The translations under genes were made by a program, and so were the position numbers. A model generated the notes under the pieces. It did not search any database and was not told the origin of the DNA. It saw only the letters and a program-made list of their open reading frames with translations. Shown in pieces: positions 12,030-22,267 of a DNA stretch of 64,000 nucleotides. This DNA comes from Naegleria gruberi (Eukaryota), in assembly GCA_000004985.1 (NCBI GenBank), contig GG738849.1, one strand, 5' to 3'. Within the stretch, counting starts at the first letter, position 1. Every line of letters starts with the position of its first letter.

Positions 12030-15000
12030 ATGTCTGGAGTTGGATCTTGGTTTATAGGAGGATTCTCCAGGCTGACAGATCCTATTAAAAAAAGAATATT
12101 TAAATTCGTGATTAAAAGACTTCTCGGAAGGTTTATTGAAGAACCCGATCTATCACAACTAGATGTTCAACTACCAGGTTCTCAAACACATAGGAAGGCT
12201 TCACATATTTCTGGACAACAAACAGATCAAATAGCCTCTTTTGATTTTGAATTGAAGAATGTACAACTCAAAGTTAAGGAGATTAACGAGAATATTCTGA
12301 TGCACAACAGTAAACTATCACAATCATCAGACAAGGATGGAATACCATTTATACTATCGAGTGGATATATTGAAAAGATTTGCGTAAAAATACCTTCCCT
12401 TATGGATATTATGAAGGAATCAATGATATTAGAACTTAATGGTTTAGAAGTGCAATTACAATTTAATGGTATGAATGAGGATTCTGGTTTTGGTAATGCT
12501 GCAAACTCATTCTTATTTCATTCGACTACATTTCATGATCCAAATGTTTTAGCAACGAGTATTCTTTTAGGTGATGTTACTAAATCTGATATTGCTCACG
12601 AGTTTAAAGATTTGGAAAAGGAAGATTTTGAAGAAGAAACAGATCCAATGAATTCCAGTATGGACAGTTCAACTATATTTAGTGATACAAAACAAGAAGA
12701 TACTGTTGGATTCAATGAGGGACATACAATTATTTCCCAAGCTGTTGAAAGAGTAATTTCTCAGCTCAAAGCCTTCGTTACCAATGTAACTGTAAGATTA
12801 GAATTTCCAAAACCAAGAACTACTGCTCCAATTGATACTCCAGTTCGTATTAAGAAGGAACAACGTTTGAAGAATGTACTTTTATTGCACTTCCCTAGAT
12901 TGGAATATTTGGATGAAACACCTAAAACAGAATCATGGCCATCTAAATTCACATACTCATTCATATTTAAAGGAATATTTCTTCAAGTGTTTGAAGAGTA
13001 TCACTCTTCAGGGTATAAAGTAGATAAGGATGATGAATCAGACTTTCCATCATCAAGTGTTAAACGTGATATGAATTCTTCATCAGATTTTACACCAACC
13101 TCTAATTATATTGTAAATACTCAACCTTCAAATACACTCGACGAAGGTAACACTATTTTTTATGGAGAAACAGAAAATAACAAGATCAAGGTCAATATAA
13201 GACCTTCAACGAACGCAATGAATGGCTCCATATTTGGTACACCCTCACCAACATTTCCAATACCTAATTCAAGTTCTAAAATTGATATTGAATTTGACAT
13301 TACTTCGATTCACTCGGTTATCACACCTAGTCAAATGGATATTTTATTGCAGATATTTGAAACTTTGAATAGTCGAGGAATTAATGTTGGATTTGATTCG
13401 TTTGCTACATCCTCAAAGGAAGAAAAAGAAGCTTCACCAGAGTTTAAGAGTTTCAAAAGTGACCATTCTACTGATCAAATAGGTACGAATGCCATGCTTC
13501 AAAGTATCGAAATTCCAATCACTACAAAAATGTCAGAAACTACTCTCATCAAATATCAAGAAAAGTTGGAGAGGACCAAATTACATGAGGAAGAGGTTGA
13601 TTCTGAAAATTTCCAATTCCATACATTCGAAAGTGAACCATTTTCTGATGAATCTGAAACAGAAGAGCATCAAATTCCAGAAATTAGAAAACCTGCAGGT
13701 ACACCAAAAAAGAAAACAAGCCCTCCTATTGAAAAATCTCCAATGAAAAATGTAAATCACAGATTTCTTACAATACCAAAGGCAACAGATACTCCAGCAT
13801 TTGGCTATAATGATATTAACTTATCTTCCAGTTCTGTTCCATGTATTAACTTTAAGATTGACATCAAACTAAAGGCAGCAACATTTAATTTACTCTATGA
13901 AGATGCAAATTTGGGTACAATGTGGAGAACCTTCTTCCGATCACATGATCAAAATTCTGGACCAGACATACCTGGAATAGGGCATCTTTCATTGAGGTTT
14001 GTCAATGGAATTTCGTGTGGTGTAGCTTTTAGTACTGGTGGCATTGTTACTAATGACAATTTCTCAGGTATTGAGCAAAAGAATATCAACAAAACTGATA
14101 CCACTTTCCATTTGACATTTGGGGATGTTCAACTTTCGGAAAGATTATGTAAAGAGTCTTTTGGAGGAAGACACATCTATTCAGAGTTGAAGGTTTTAGA
14201 GTTTTTGAACAAACCAAAGGATTCATCTGATCCAATCATTGACTATACTTATCATTTCAAAAAACGAGAAAACCTAGTCAAACATACACTCCGAATTAAC
14301 AGTCAAATCCAACTTAGTTTTGATCCAGGATTCCTTCAAAGAATGAACAAGGTGTCAAGTAGACTTTTCTCAAAGTCATCTCTATTCACTAAAATCTCTG
14401 AAAATGCAAATACAAGTCAGTATGGAGCTGTCAATGCATTTAATGAAAATTTTGAACAGGCTATTCTAGATGACTTGGATAAGGATCAAACACAAATAGG
14501 AGCACCTCAGCGTGTTGCCTTTGATATTTTAACATGTGGCATTTTGATTGATATTTTATTGCCAAAAGAGGCAGAGAATGGTGAGACTGTATTCCAATCA
14601 ACCCACTCATATAAGCCAGATCGTCTCCGAATTGATTGTAAGGAGATTAAAGTTAAGGCTTCCTTTAGAGAGGATGGAAATCAAATGTTGATAGACAATG
14701 AATTATATCAAGACAGAATCCAAATCGATAAGAATGCAACAATTATACCTATTATTGTTGGTGAAACTAATTTGATACTCATTGAGAAAAAGACTGGCAC
14801 TAGTATCGTTAAGATTAGACCAATGAAGATTTTCGCTACAATCAAACCTTCTGATGAAAATCATTCTATGGAGGAAGATGTACTATACAAGTCTTATATT
14901 TCAGTGCCTGAGTCCGTTTCATCTGACTTTTATGATGAAGTAGAACACTCATCATTAGATTCTTCTGTTGAAGAGTTTAATGGAGAAGATGATGAACAAG

Positions 15001-18000
15001 ACATTAGTGAAGATAAATATATTGATCCATCACAGCATGAAGAGGACGTGGACTTCTCAATTGATTCAATTGAAGATACCATAATTGGTAGCAAGGCATT
15101 GGAAAAATCCAAAATTTCTATTATTATCGATCTTGCAGAAAAGAATTCTAAATCCTCTGATTTTAGTATTGAGATTAGCAGAGAACATTTCCAAAAGTTG
15201 AATGATTTTATTTCTAAAATATCTCAAGCTCTCTCTGCTGTGTTCGATGAAAACCAAGCCCACAAGAAACCTTCTCCAAAGACGATTGATTCCAACCCAT
15301 CTGTGGCCATCAAATTCACAAGTAATAACTTTACCGTACGTCTATTAGATACCAACATGAGCAGAAATTGTGTTTTGAAGTTCAAAAAACTAAACGCGCT
15401 GTTAGTTATGTTCTCTAATTGGATTTCCAAGGATAACCAAAAGTGCACTCTTATCAATGCATACATTTCAAATGAGAGCATTACATTTTATGATGAAATT
15501 GCTAACTCACGTAGCTATATTTTACGCAGAGAGGATAAACTTGTAAAGGGATTTAGACAAGCCAAGAATTGCACAAACATCTCTGTGAATGTTGAGCTCT
15601 ATAACAAGTCCATCTCTGTTCAACCAAAGATATTTTTCTCTGGACTCTTCTTGGGATCCATGTTCCCTACCGAGGAAAATAATTGGAGAAAATTCTTGAC
15701 TCAATTCTTTGCCAGTGATTCCAAGACAGAACAAAAGATGATTCTCGACATCAAGACAGTTCTTCAAGACTGTGCTCTTGACTACCAGCCTAAAGACTCT
15801 GGAAATAGGCTGATACTTTTGGTGGACAAGCTTGGATTCCATACACACCTTAATTTACCAACACCATCAAAGAACACTATCTATGATATTAATTTTGAGG
15901 GTATGAGTTTACTATTGCACAATAACTTTGTCCACGATATTCCAAAATATCTACAAGAAGAAATCAAAAACAAGAGAATACCAAGAAGTGAATTTGGTTT
16001 CATCAATGAGCTTCACTATCTTTGCTTTGTGACAATTGCAAGCCTTGACAAACTTAATCTCAAATTCACACAGAGATCTGTCTCTGTCGAGGAATCACAG
16101 GCATCCTTAATCTTTGCATCCTCAACACAAGTAGATTTATTGGGACAGAGTAGTATTTACAAATCTAAAATTGTTAGCAAATTTGCTCTTACTGACAAGG
16201 AGAAGGAAATATTTAAACATAAGGAGCCAATCACTAAATTAGAGATTTCTGATGGAACCCTTATTGTGAACCTTTGTAAAGATTCATTGTCAACATTACA
16301 AGATGTAATCAAACAAATGACAGCACAATTTGCAACTCCATCATCAAGTGAGCAAAAGGTAACTGAACCAGAGAACCCTATTGTGATTAGATATCCTTCT
16401 CTTGAAGAGATTGATAACCCTGTCTTTACATCAAGCACTCCACAAAACTCTGTGAACATCTTTGAGGGAGTCAATGATTTACAGTTTGGTTTCTCTCCAA
16501 AGTTTACGAATAGTGCCGTCACAGAAGGAGAATATGCATTACCAAATAGAAAAACAAACACAAGAACTTTACCTTCTTCCAATAACTCATCAGCCTCAAA
16601 ATTATCAAGGGAAGACAGTGGAAAGACCTTGACTCCTGTCAAGACAGAACCACAACCAACTGGACTAATGTCTTGGGTTACCTCTCTCATGAATGATTAC
16701 TTGACAGAAGATGACTCAAAACCGCAACAGATTAAACCAACCATAACACCTGGATCAACATCTTACTATCCACAAACATCATCAGACGATGAAGACGACG
16801 ATGTTATCGTCACTAGTATTTACAAAGATGGGGTTGGTAGTAGTACCATGCTTGGTCAAAAGTCAACAAATACCAAGACATTACTCTCCTCCTTCATTCA
16901 AGAGCATACCTACTTTCCAACCATTAAGAAGGAAGATTTAGAGAATGATTCACGTCTACCATTAGATTATCCAACACCATCCTTTGAATTGGTACTATCA
17001 AAGTGTAATATTCTGTGTCACATTTTTGGAGGTAAAGATTGGGCTGACAATTCAGAAAGCGATCAAATGAACACTAGCCAATCTTCCACCACCTCTTCCA
17101 CTTTCTTACAATTTGGTGATTTAATACAATCCACCAGAGACCACACAAAACTGGTACAATTGAATCTGAACGATTTGTTACTGCAATACGATACCTTCCC
17201 TAATAGTGTTGCCAACTCTAATGTTTCTAGACTTTCATTTTCTATTACTGACATTGAACTTTTGGATAAGTTGAAAGAGTCAAACAGAAATAAGATTCTT
17301 AAATATTGGGAGACTGAATCTGAGCCTAGAGAAACTGACAGTAAAATGATTAGTCTTCTTCATGAGGTGATTAGACAAAAGGGTGCAACAAATGCAAATG
17401 AAGTTAGATTGGATATTGATATTCTGCCAATTCGTCTCAATGTTCACCAATCCACAATGGAATTTATAATTGAATTTTTTACATCTAATAAGGATGAAAT
17501 TCCTACCACACTACAAAATACTACAATGGAGGAAACAAAACCAACCTACTTCCAACAAGTTCATATTAGTCCAATTCAATTCAAAGTCGATTATCAACCT
17601 GTAAGAGTTAATCTTGATGCAGTCAAAGAGAATGGAATTACATCCTACAAGTCTGTAGCTCAAATGGTAAATCTAGTCCCAATTAACGGTGCTGAAGTCA
17701 AGATTAAACCAATCCAACTCAATGGTATCAGTGGCATTGAAGAGGTTGTTTCAAAATCTACAGCTCTCATTTTGGATTCAATTGATACTGGTGATATTTT
17801 CAGAGCATTATTGGGAATTATGCCTATCAAATCAATGTACAGCATTGGTACAGGTGTTGCTGATTTGGTTGTTCTCCCAATTCAATCCTATCAAACAGAT
17901 GGTCAAGTGCTGAGAGGATTAAGAAGAGGATTATCATCCTTTGTTACCAATCTGTCTGTTGGAACCGTACAACTTACCTCTAATGCTGCTACAGGTGTTA

Positions 18001-18377
18001 ACTATGTAGTTCAGAAAACTGATCAATATGTTAAGCAAAGCAGTGGTCTTGGCAAATTTATTAATTATGATTATGTTCAAGATGATGATGGGGATATTAG
18101 AACAGTACCAAACACTCCTCCACCTGCTGATGAAGATTTGCCAACCAATATTAACAATGCCATTCAAAGAGCTTACAGAGATATCAGCACTGGATTTGAA
18201 GATGCTAAACTTGCTGTCATTGCCATTCCAAAATCTGGTAATGTGTGGACTATTCCAAGAGTTGTACTCTCACCTCTGGCTGGTATGACAGGAGCTATCT
18301 CTAATCTTATGATTGGTATCAGAAGTGAAGTTGATTCTTCTTACAGACAAGAAAACAAAGACCTTTACAAAAAATAA
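12030..18377 (+). CDS. atg2: Autophagy-related protein 2 (ATG2), chorein-N lipid-transfer protein, 2115 aa, intronless
   Basis: The N-terminus ...KKRIFKFVIKRLLGRFIEEPDLSQLDVQL matches the ATG2 chorein-N start (human ATG2A ...VCRYLLHHYLGHFFQEHLSLDQLSLDL). The size (about 2100 aa) and the conserved C-terminal region are typical of ATG2. A single uninterrupted 6.3-kb ORF. Confidence 0.8.
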   Translation: MSGVGSWFIGGFSRLTDPIKKRIFKFVIKRLLGRFIEEPDLSQLDVQLPGSQTHRKASHISGQQTDQIASFDFELKNVQLKVKEINENILMHNSKLSQSSDKDGIPFILSSGYIEKICVKIPSLMDIMKESMILELNGLEVQLQFNGMNEDSGFGNAANSFLFHSTTFHDPNVLATSILLGDVTKSDIAHEFKDLEKEDFEEETDPMNSSMDSSTIFSDTKQEDTVGFNEGHTIISQAVERVISQLKAFVTNVTVRLEFPKPRTTAPIDTPVRIKKEQRLKNVLLLHFPRLEYLDETPKTESWPSKFTYSFIFKGIFLQVFEEYHSSGYKVDKDDESDFPSSSVKRDMNSSSDFTPTSNYIVNTQPSNTLDEGNTIFYGETENNKIKVNIRPSTNAMNGSIFGTPSPTFPIPNSSSKIDIEFDITSIHSVITPSQMDILLQIFETLNSRGINVGFDSFATSSKEEKEASPEFKSFKSDHSTDQIGTNAMLQSIEIPITTKMSETTLIKYQEKLERTKLHEEEVDSENFQFHTFESEPFSDESETEEHQIPEIRKPAGTPKKKTSPPIEKSPMKNVNHRFLTIPKATDTPAFGYNDINLSSSSVPCINFKIDIKLKAATFNLLYEDANLGTMWRTFFRSHDQNSGPDIPGIGHLSLRFVNGISCGVAFSTGGIVTNDNFSGIEQKNINKTDTTFHLTFGDVQLSERLCKESFGGRHIYSELKVLEFLNKPKDSSDPIIDYTYHFKKRENLVKHTLRINSQIQLSFDPGFLQRMNKVSSRLFSKSSLFTKISENANTSQYGAVNAFNENFEQAILDDLDKDQTQIGAPQRVAFDILTCGILIDILLPKEAENGETVFQSTHSYKPDRLRIDCKEIKVKASFREDGNQMLIDNELYQDRIQIDKNATIIPIIVGETNLILIEKKTGTSIVKIRPMKIFATIKPSDENHSMEEDVLYKSYISVPESVSSDFYDEVEHSSLDSSVEEFNGEDDEQDISEDKYIDPSQHEEDVDFSIDSIEDTIIGSKALEKSKISIIIDLAEKNSKSSDFSIEISREHFQKLNDFISKISQALSAVFDENQAHKKPSPKTIDSNPSVAIKFTSNNFTVRLLDTNMSRNCVLKFKKLNALLVMFSNWISKDNQKCTLINAYISNESITFYDEIANSRSYILRREDKLVKGFRQAKNCTNISVNVELYNKSISVQPKIFFSGLFLGSMFPTEENNWRKFLTQFFASDSKTEQKMILDIKTVLQDCALDYQPKDSGNRLILLVDKLGFHTHLNLPTPSKNTIYDINFEGMSLLLHNNFVHDIPKYLQEEIKNKRIPRSEFGFINELHYLCFVTIASLDKLNLKFTQRSVSVEESQASLIFASSTQVDLLGQSSIYKSKIVSKFALTDKEKEIFKHKEPITKLEISDGTLIVNLCKDSLSTLQDVIKQMTAQFATPSSSEQKVTEPENPIVIRYPSLEEIDNPVFTSSTPQNSVNIFEGVNDLQFGFSPKFTNSAVTEGEYALPNRKTNTRTLPSSNNSSASKLSREDSGKTLTPVKTEPQPTGLMSWVTSLMNDYLTEDDSKPQQIKPTITPGSTSYYPQTSSDDEDDDVIVTSIYKDGVGSSTMLGQKSTNTKTLLSSFIQEHTYFPTIKKEDLENDSRLPLDYPTPSFELVLSKCNILCHIFGGKDWADNSESDQMNTSQSSTTSSTFLQFGDLIQSTRDHTKLVQLNLNDLLLQYDTFPNSVANSNVSRLSFSITDIELLDKLKESNRNKILKYWETESEPRETDSKMISLLHEVIRQKGATNANEVRLDIDILPIRLNVHQSTMEFIIEFFTSNKDEIPTTLQNTTMEETKPTYFQQVHISPIQFKVDYQPVRVNLDAVKENGITSYKSVAQMVNLVPINGAEVKIKPIQLNGISGIEEVVSKSTALILDSIDTGDIFRALLGIMPIKSMYSIGTGVADLVVLPIQSYQTDGQVLRGLRRGLSSFVTNLSVGTVQLTSNAATGVNYVVQKTDQYVKQSSGLGKFINYDYVQDDDGDIRTVPNTPPPADEDLPTNINNAIQRAYRDISTGFEDAKLAVIAIPKSGNVWTIPRVVLSPLAGMTGAISNLMIGIRSEVDSSYRQENKDLYKK

Positions 18378-18380
18378 AAA

Positions 18381-21146
18381 TCACTCAAATAATATTCTTC
18401 TCCTTTGATCTGTAATATGTCTATCATAATTTTGATTAGAAATGGCTTTGCCTCTAGTTTCTAAATCCAGTTGATTTTGTAACAATTTGTATTCCTCATC
18501 CTGAGTGAGCCTATGCTGATATCGTTCATACTTGCCCATTTCCTTTTGTACTTTGGATTTGAAAGAAGTATCATCTTGAATAACTCCACTATTTCTAAGA
18601 AAGTCTCTTGTTTGATTTTTCTTCTTGTCCCTTTCATTGCTTACCTTCTTTTGCATGTAAACCTCCACTTTGTTTTTAAACCAATCCTTTTCTCCATCTG
18701 TTTTACAAATAAAAGTTTCAATGTGTTTAAAAGCTGCCTTTCGCATTACTTGATGTCTCTCTTGCTCAAATTGTGAATCAATGTTTTGGGAAACAGCCGA
18801 CATTTCTAAAGTACTATCTGTATAAAATGATTCGTATTCAAGTGTTTCTTGTAGAGATGTCACATAGCTCAAAACAAAGTGCTCACCCTCACTTTCTTTC
18901 GTGGATTTGTTTTTGATTATGTTAGTAATACAATAATCCCTTACGAGCTCTATTCTTTCCTCCCATTTATAGGGAATATAATATAACTGTGATTCTGAAT
19001 TCTCATCCAACTCGGAGTTTAAAACATAATTACTAATCTTTTCAATTAGATTTTGAATAACATGTTTTTTCTTAACTACTTTCAGGTCCAACAGTTCTTT
19101 CAACTTTTCCTCATCATCATTTCCTTTGAAAATCCATTCAAACAATAATGTGGAACTCTCCAATTCTATATCTGATTTTGTGAGATAGGGTAATATATCA
19201 CTGTATCGACTACTTGTCTCAATATATTGGGTTGCCTTCTTGAGAAGATTCTGTACAATGCTCAAATTATGAAGAGGACCCTCTGAGGAAATTAAATGTT
19301 GGAATTTAGAGAAAGGTACATCACCAATTTCCTCCTTGATAGCTTTCAGAAATTGAAAAGATCTAGCTTGTATTTGTTCCATATGATATCGTTCTACTGA
19401 ATTTAGATCTCTAAATGTTTCAATATCATGTCTTGTAATTGTTTCAAGATTTTTGAGAAATGACGGGTAGGATAATTTCAAATTCTCACCCAACATTTTG
19501 GGAATTTCGTCTCTTCTCTCCAAAAAACTTTCCAACTCCATATTCGATAGCTTTACCTTGACTCTATCTAGAAACATATTCTTAAATTCGTTGGATAAGT
19601 CTTCAGGACGAATGTATTCATTAGAATCGATATGAGGTTTGAGAATTGATTTTTCCAATAAACCTTGATACTTCTTATGTTTGTGGTATTCCAATTTTTT
19701 CAATAGAATTTTAGTAATCATTTCGCTCACAACTTGTTTGTGTTCGGTTGATTCCCAGACACTCTCCAGATTTTCAAGATGTTTGAGTCGGTACTGTAAC
19801 TCTTTCTCCTTTTGCTTGATCTGTTCTTCCTTTTTCTGTATGATCTTTTTTGGATCTCTATATAATGGAATCTGTATATTGATTGGACCAACAATATCTC
19901 TATATTGATTCATCCAATTATCAATTTCCCTCGACATGTTTGATGATCGACCCATACTATTAATTCTACTGGAGAAGGTATTATTATTCCAATATGATAA
20001 GCTATTGTTATTATTGCTTTGTAATTGAGTATCATCCATCGAAATGGAAAAATCCTTCTTCCTCTCATTATTTCTATTCTTATTCTGCAAATAGTTAAGA
20101 TAAACTTTTTTGGAAAAATCCACAATTCCCTTGTAGTGAACTCTCTTACTATCTCGTTGTTTGATTGGTTTTTCTGTCTTGTCTATAATATTATTAACGC
20201 TCTCATCATCCAACATTTGAATACCAGGAATTGGTATTAATCTTCTTTGAAGTAGCTGCATAATTGTCATTGAAATAATTTTCAATGCTCTCTTAGAAGT
20301 ACTCTCTCCTGATTGTTGTACAGCTGATGATTGGTTACCATGTCGAGAGTGAATATTGCTCAACTCTGAGGAAATGTTCTCCGTTTCTGATTTTAATCTT
20401 TTCAGTTCTGAAACTATAAATTGAACCAAGGATCTACCATTTTGAGCATTTGGAAGAAACTTATCAATAGCAATTTCCAACAACTCTTTCGGTATTCTTC
20501 TGTATTCCCTTTCTTTTAATTGAAGTTGATAGAGAGCTGTTCTAAGTGCATGTTTAAATTCGTACAATGTAATACTGGTTTCTCCCATCACATTTAACAA
20601 AATTTCAAAAACCTCAGTCTTCAGTTGTTCCCAAATCAAATCCATATTTTGATTTTCAATTCGGCCAGAAGAAGATTTTGAAGATGTCATTTGAGTATTC
20701 TTCCAACTTGAATATTGAGTGTTAGATTGTAACCATTCATCCTGATCATGAAAAAAGTCAACAACCTCTCCATTATTCCACATTAAATTATCCATCATTT
20801 TCCTGATATGATTTTCAATTTCTTCCATTCCTGATTTCTTTTCTAATTTTCTGGAAATGTATCGTGTTAGTTTTTGATATAGTTTTTTGAATTTGGGATG
20901 AACAGAAGGTGAATCACCTTGTGATGACGTTAAACTAAATAAATAGGGACATGTTTTAATTAATATTTGGTTCGGAATTTGATTACCAATAGAGGTTGAT
21001 TCATCATTTTCTTCTGATAATTCTTGTTTGATAGAAGATTGTAAAATCCTATTAAATAAATATTCATTATTTCCTTCCGATGATTTCTTGTTGTTATTAA
21101 CAATACTATTAGATAAATCGTCTAACCAATTATCATTCTCGCTCAT
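18381..21146 (-). CDS. Hypothetical 921-aa coiled-coil protein (orphan), single exon
   Basis: Uninterrupted minus-strand ORF starting MSENDNWLDD. Coding-like composition, predicted coiled-coil stretches, N/S-rich linkers. I recognise no family motif. Its stop lies 3 bp from the ATG2 stop (convergent). Confidence 0.5.
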   Translation of the reverse strand: MSENDNWLDDLSNSIVNNNKKSSEGNNEYLFNRILQSSIKQELSEENDESTSIGNQIPNQILIKTCPYLFSLTSSQGDSPSVHPKFKKLYQKLTRYISRKLEKKSGMEEIENHIRKMMDNLMWNNGEVVDFFHDQDEWLQSNTQYSSWKNTQMTSSKSSSGRIENQNMDLIWEQLKTEVFEILLNVMGETSITLYEFKHALRTALYQLQLKEREYRRIPKELLEIAIDKFLPNAQNGRSLVQFIVSELKRLKSETENISSELSNIHSRHGNQSSAVQQSGESTSKRALKIISMTIMQLLQRRLIPIPGIQMLDDESVNNIIDKTEKPIKQRDSKRVHYKGIVDFSKKVYLNYLQNKNRNNERKKDFSISMDDTQLQSNNNNSLSYWNNNTFSSRINSMGRSSNMSREIDNWMNQYRDIVGPINIQIPLYRDPKKIIQKKEEQIKQKEKELQYRLKHLENLESVWESTEHKQVVSEMITKILLKKLEYHKHKKYQGLLEKSILKPHIDSNEYIRPEDLSNEFKNMFLDRVKVKLSNMELESFLERRDEIPKMLGENLKLSYPSFLKNLETITRHDIETFRDLNSVERYHMEQIQARSFQFLKAIKEEIGDVPFSKFQHLISSEGPLHNLSIVQNLLKKATQYIETSSRYSDILPYLTKSDIELESSTLLFEWIFKGNDDEEKLKELLDLKVVKKKHVIQNLIEKISNYVLNSELDENSESQLYYIPYKWEERIELVRDYCITNIIKNKSTKESEGEHFVLSYVTSLQETLEYESFYTDSTLEMSAVSQNIDSQFEQERHQVMRKAAFKHIETFICKTDGEKDWFKNKVEVYMQKKVSNERDKKKNQTRDFLRNSGVIQDDTSFKSKVQKEMGKYERYQHRLTQDEEYKLLQNQLDLETRGKAISNQNYDRHITDQRRRILFE

Positions 21147-21231
21147 TGTATGGTTAATGCATTTTTATAATTTAAATTTTAGTTATTTATTTCCTAGGGC
21201 TGTTTAATGATCGAATTAGCACACTTATGGC

Positions 21232-22029
21232 TTATTCTTCATCAGCAGCTTCTTCTTCTTCATCAATCTTAGGAGCCAAATAGTAACGAATATAACAATC
21301 TTCAATAAACTTGAATTCAACCAACAATGGTGATTCCTTTGAGAGGTACAAACCAACTTGATTACTCAAGGAGGCAGATTTACAGAAAGTATTCAAGTAT
21401 TTCAAAGCAAATGTCAAACTGACAGATTCCTTCAATTGAATTGAAGTAGATTCATCACTCTTGTCAGCCTTTGTGTTTTCTCTGACAGTAATACTTCCGC
21501 TACCTGATTCACCAGTTACAGAGAATTTAACACCATCCTTGTTGACAGAAACAGTGACAGTATCACCAATAGTTTGCAAATCAGAACAAATCTTCTTGAA
21601 TTCAGCTGCTGGCATGGTAATTTCAGCAGTATAATCTGGTTCTGGAATGCCAACTGGTTCGGCATCAATTTCGATCAACTTCATTTCAAATTCACTCATT
21701 CTTTCTCCATTCTTGCTTTCGAATGTAAGAGCGAGGTTGTTTGGTTCATCAGAAGCCTTCAAGGAAATGGCATCATCCTTACCGGCACACTTTAACATCT
21801 TGTTCATGGCTTGCATGCTGATACCCAAGACAACATTCTTATCACATCTGTATCTTTCAAAGGCGTCCTTCTTGAGCATGAGGTGAACAAGAGAGACGTG
21901 AGCAGTGTCCATGGCTTGAAGGGCCATACCGTTACTATTACAATCAAAGTTAGCATCATTGACTAATTCCTTGATGGCATCGAGGATCTTCTTGAGGATT
22001 TCACCTTGTTGGAGTTTTGCTTCGAGCAT
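21232..22029 (-). CDS. pcna: Proliferating cell nuclear antigen (DNA sliding clamp), 265 aa, intronless
   Basis: Collinear with human PCNA along its whole length: MLEAKLQQGEILKKILDAIKELV..., LAPKIDEEEE, acidic C-terminal tail, QLGIPE-type IDCL region, SVSLTFALKYLNTF. Confidence 0.95.
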   Translation of the reverse strand: MLEAKLQQGEILKKILDAIKELVNDANFDCNSNGMALQAMDTAHVSLVHLMLKKDAFERYRCDKNVVLGISMQAMNKMLKCAGKDDAISLKASDEPNNLALTFESKNGERMSEFEMKLIEIDAEPVGIPEPDYTAEITMPAAEFKKICSDLQTIGDTVTVSVNKDGVKFSVTGESGSGSITVRENTKADKSDESTSIQLKESVSLTFALKYLNTFCKSASLSNQVGLYLSKESPLLVEFKFIEDCYIRYYLAPKIDEEEEAADEE

Positions 22030-22097
22030 TTTGAATAAATTATATGGTGATTATTTACACGGTTTGTGTGTTTGAATTTTTTTTGATTTTTAAAAAA

Positions 22098-22118
22098 GTT
22101 TAGCGCCAACTCGATTCC
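22098..22118. promoter_or_regulatory. E2F-like site TTTAGCGCCAAC followed by TCGATTC, about 70-90 bp upstream of the PCNA ATG (gene on the minus strand)
   Basis: TTTAGCGCC differs by one base from the canonical TTTGGCGCC. Read on the gene strand it is GGAATCGAGTTGGCGCTAAA, the same ATCGA..GGCGC arrangement as the other sites. PCNA is a classic E2F target. Confidence 0.45.
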
Positions 22119-22146
22119 TTTTGACTGCTAAATTTTTAAATTTTTA

Positions 22147-22181
22147 ACGTAACGGACGTGTGAACAGGCGCGAGCGGGAGA
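22147..22181. promoter_or_regulatory. GC-rich island (ACGTAACGGACGTGTGAACAGGCGCGAGCGGGAGAG) in the PCNA/ADAT1 intergenic region
   Basis: A 35-bp stretch of about 60% GC in an otherwise AT-rich (more than 75%) spacer. It contains GCGGGAGA, a TCTCCCGC E2F-like half-site on the gene strand, and a GGCGCGAG. Confidence 0.35.
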
Positions 22182-22267
22182 GTTTTGTTTTGTAATGTGA
22201 CAGATTTCAGCAAGTACAGTTAAAAACCACCATTTTACAAACTTTATTGATAACGGAGAACAATAAA

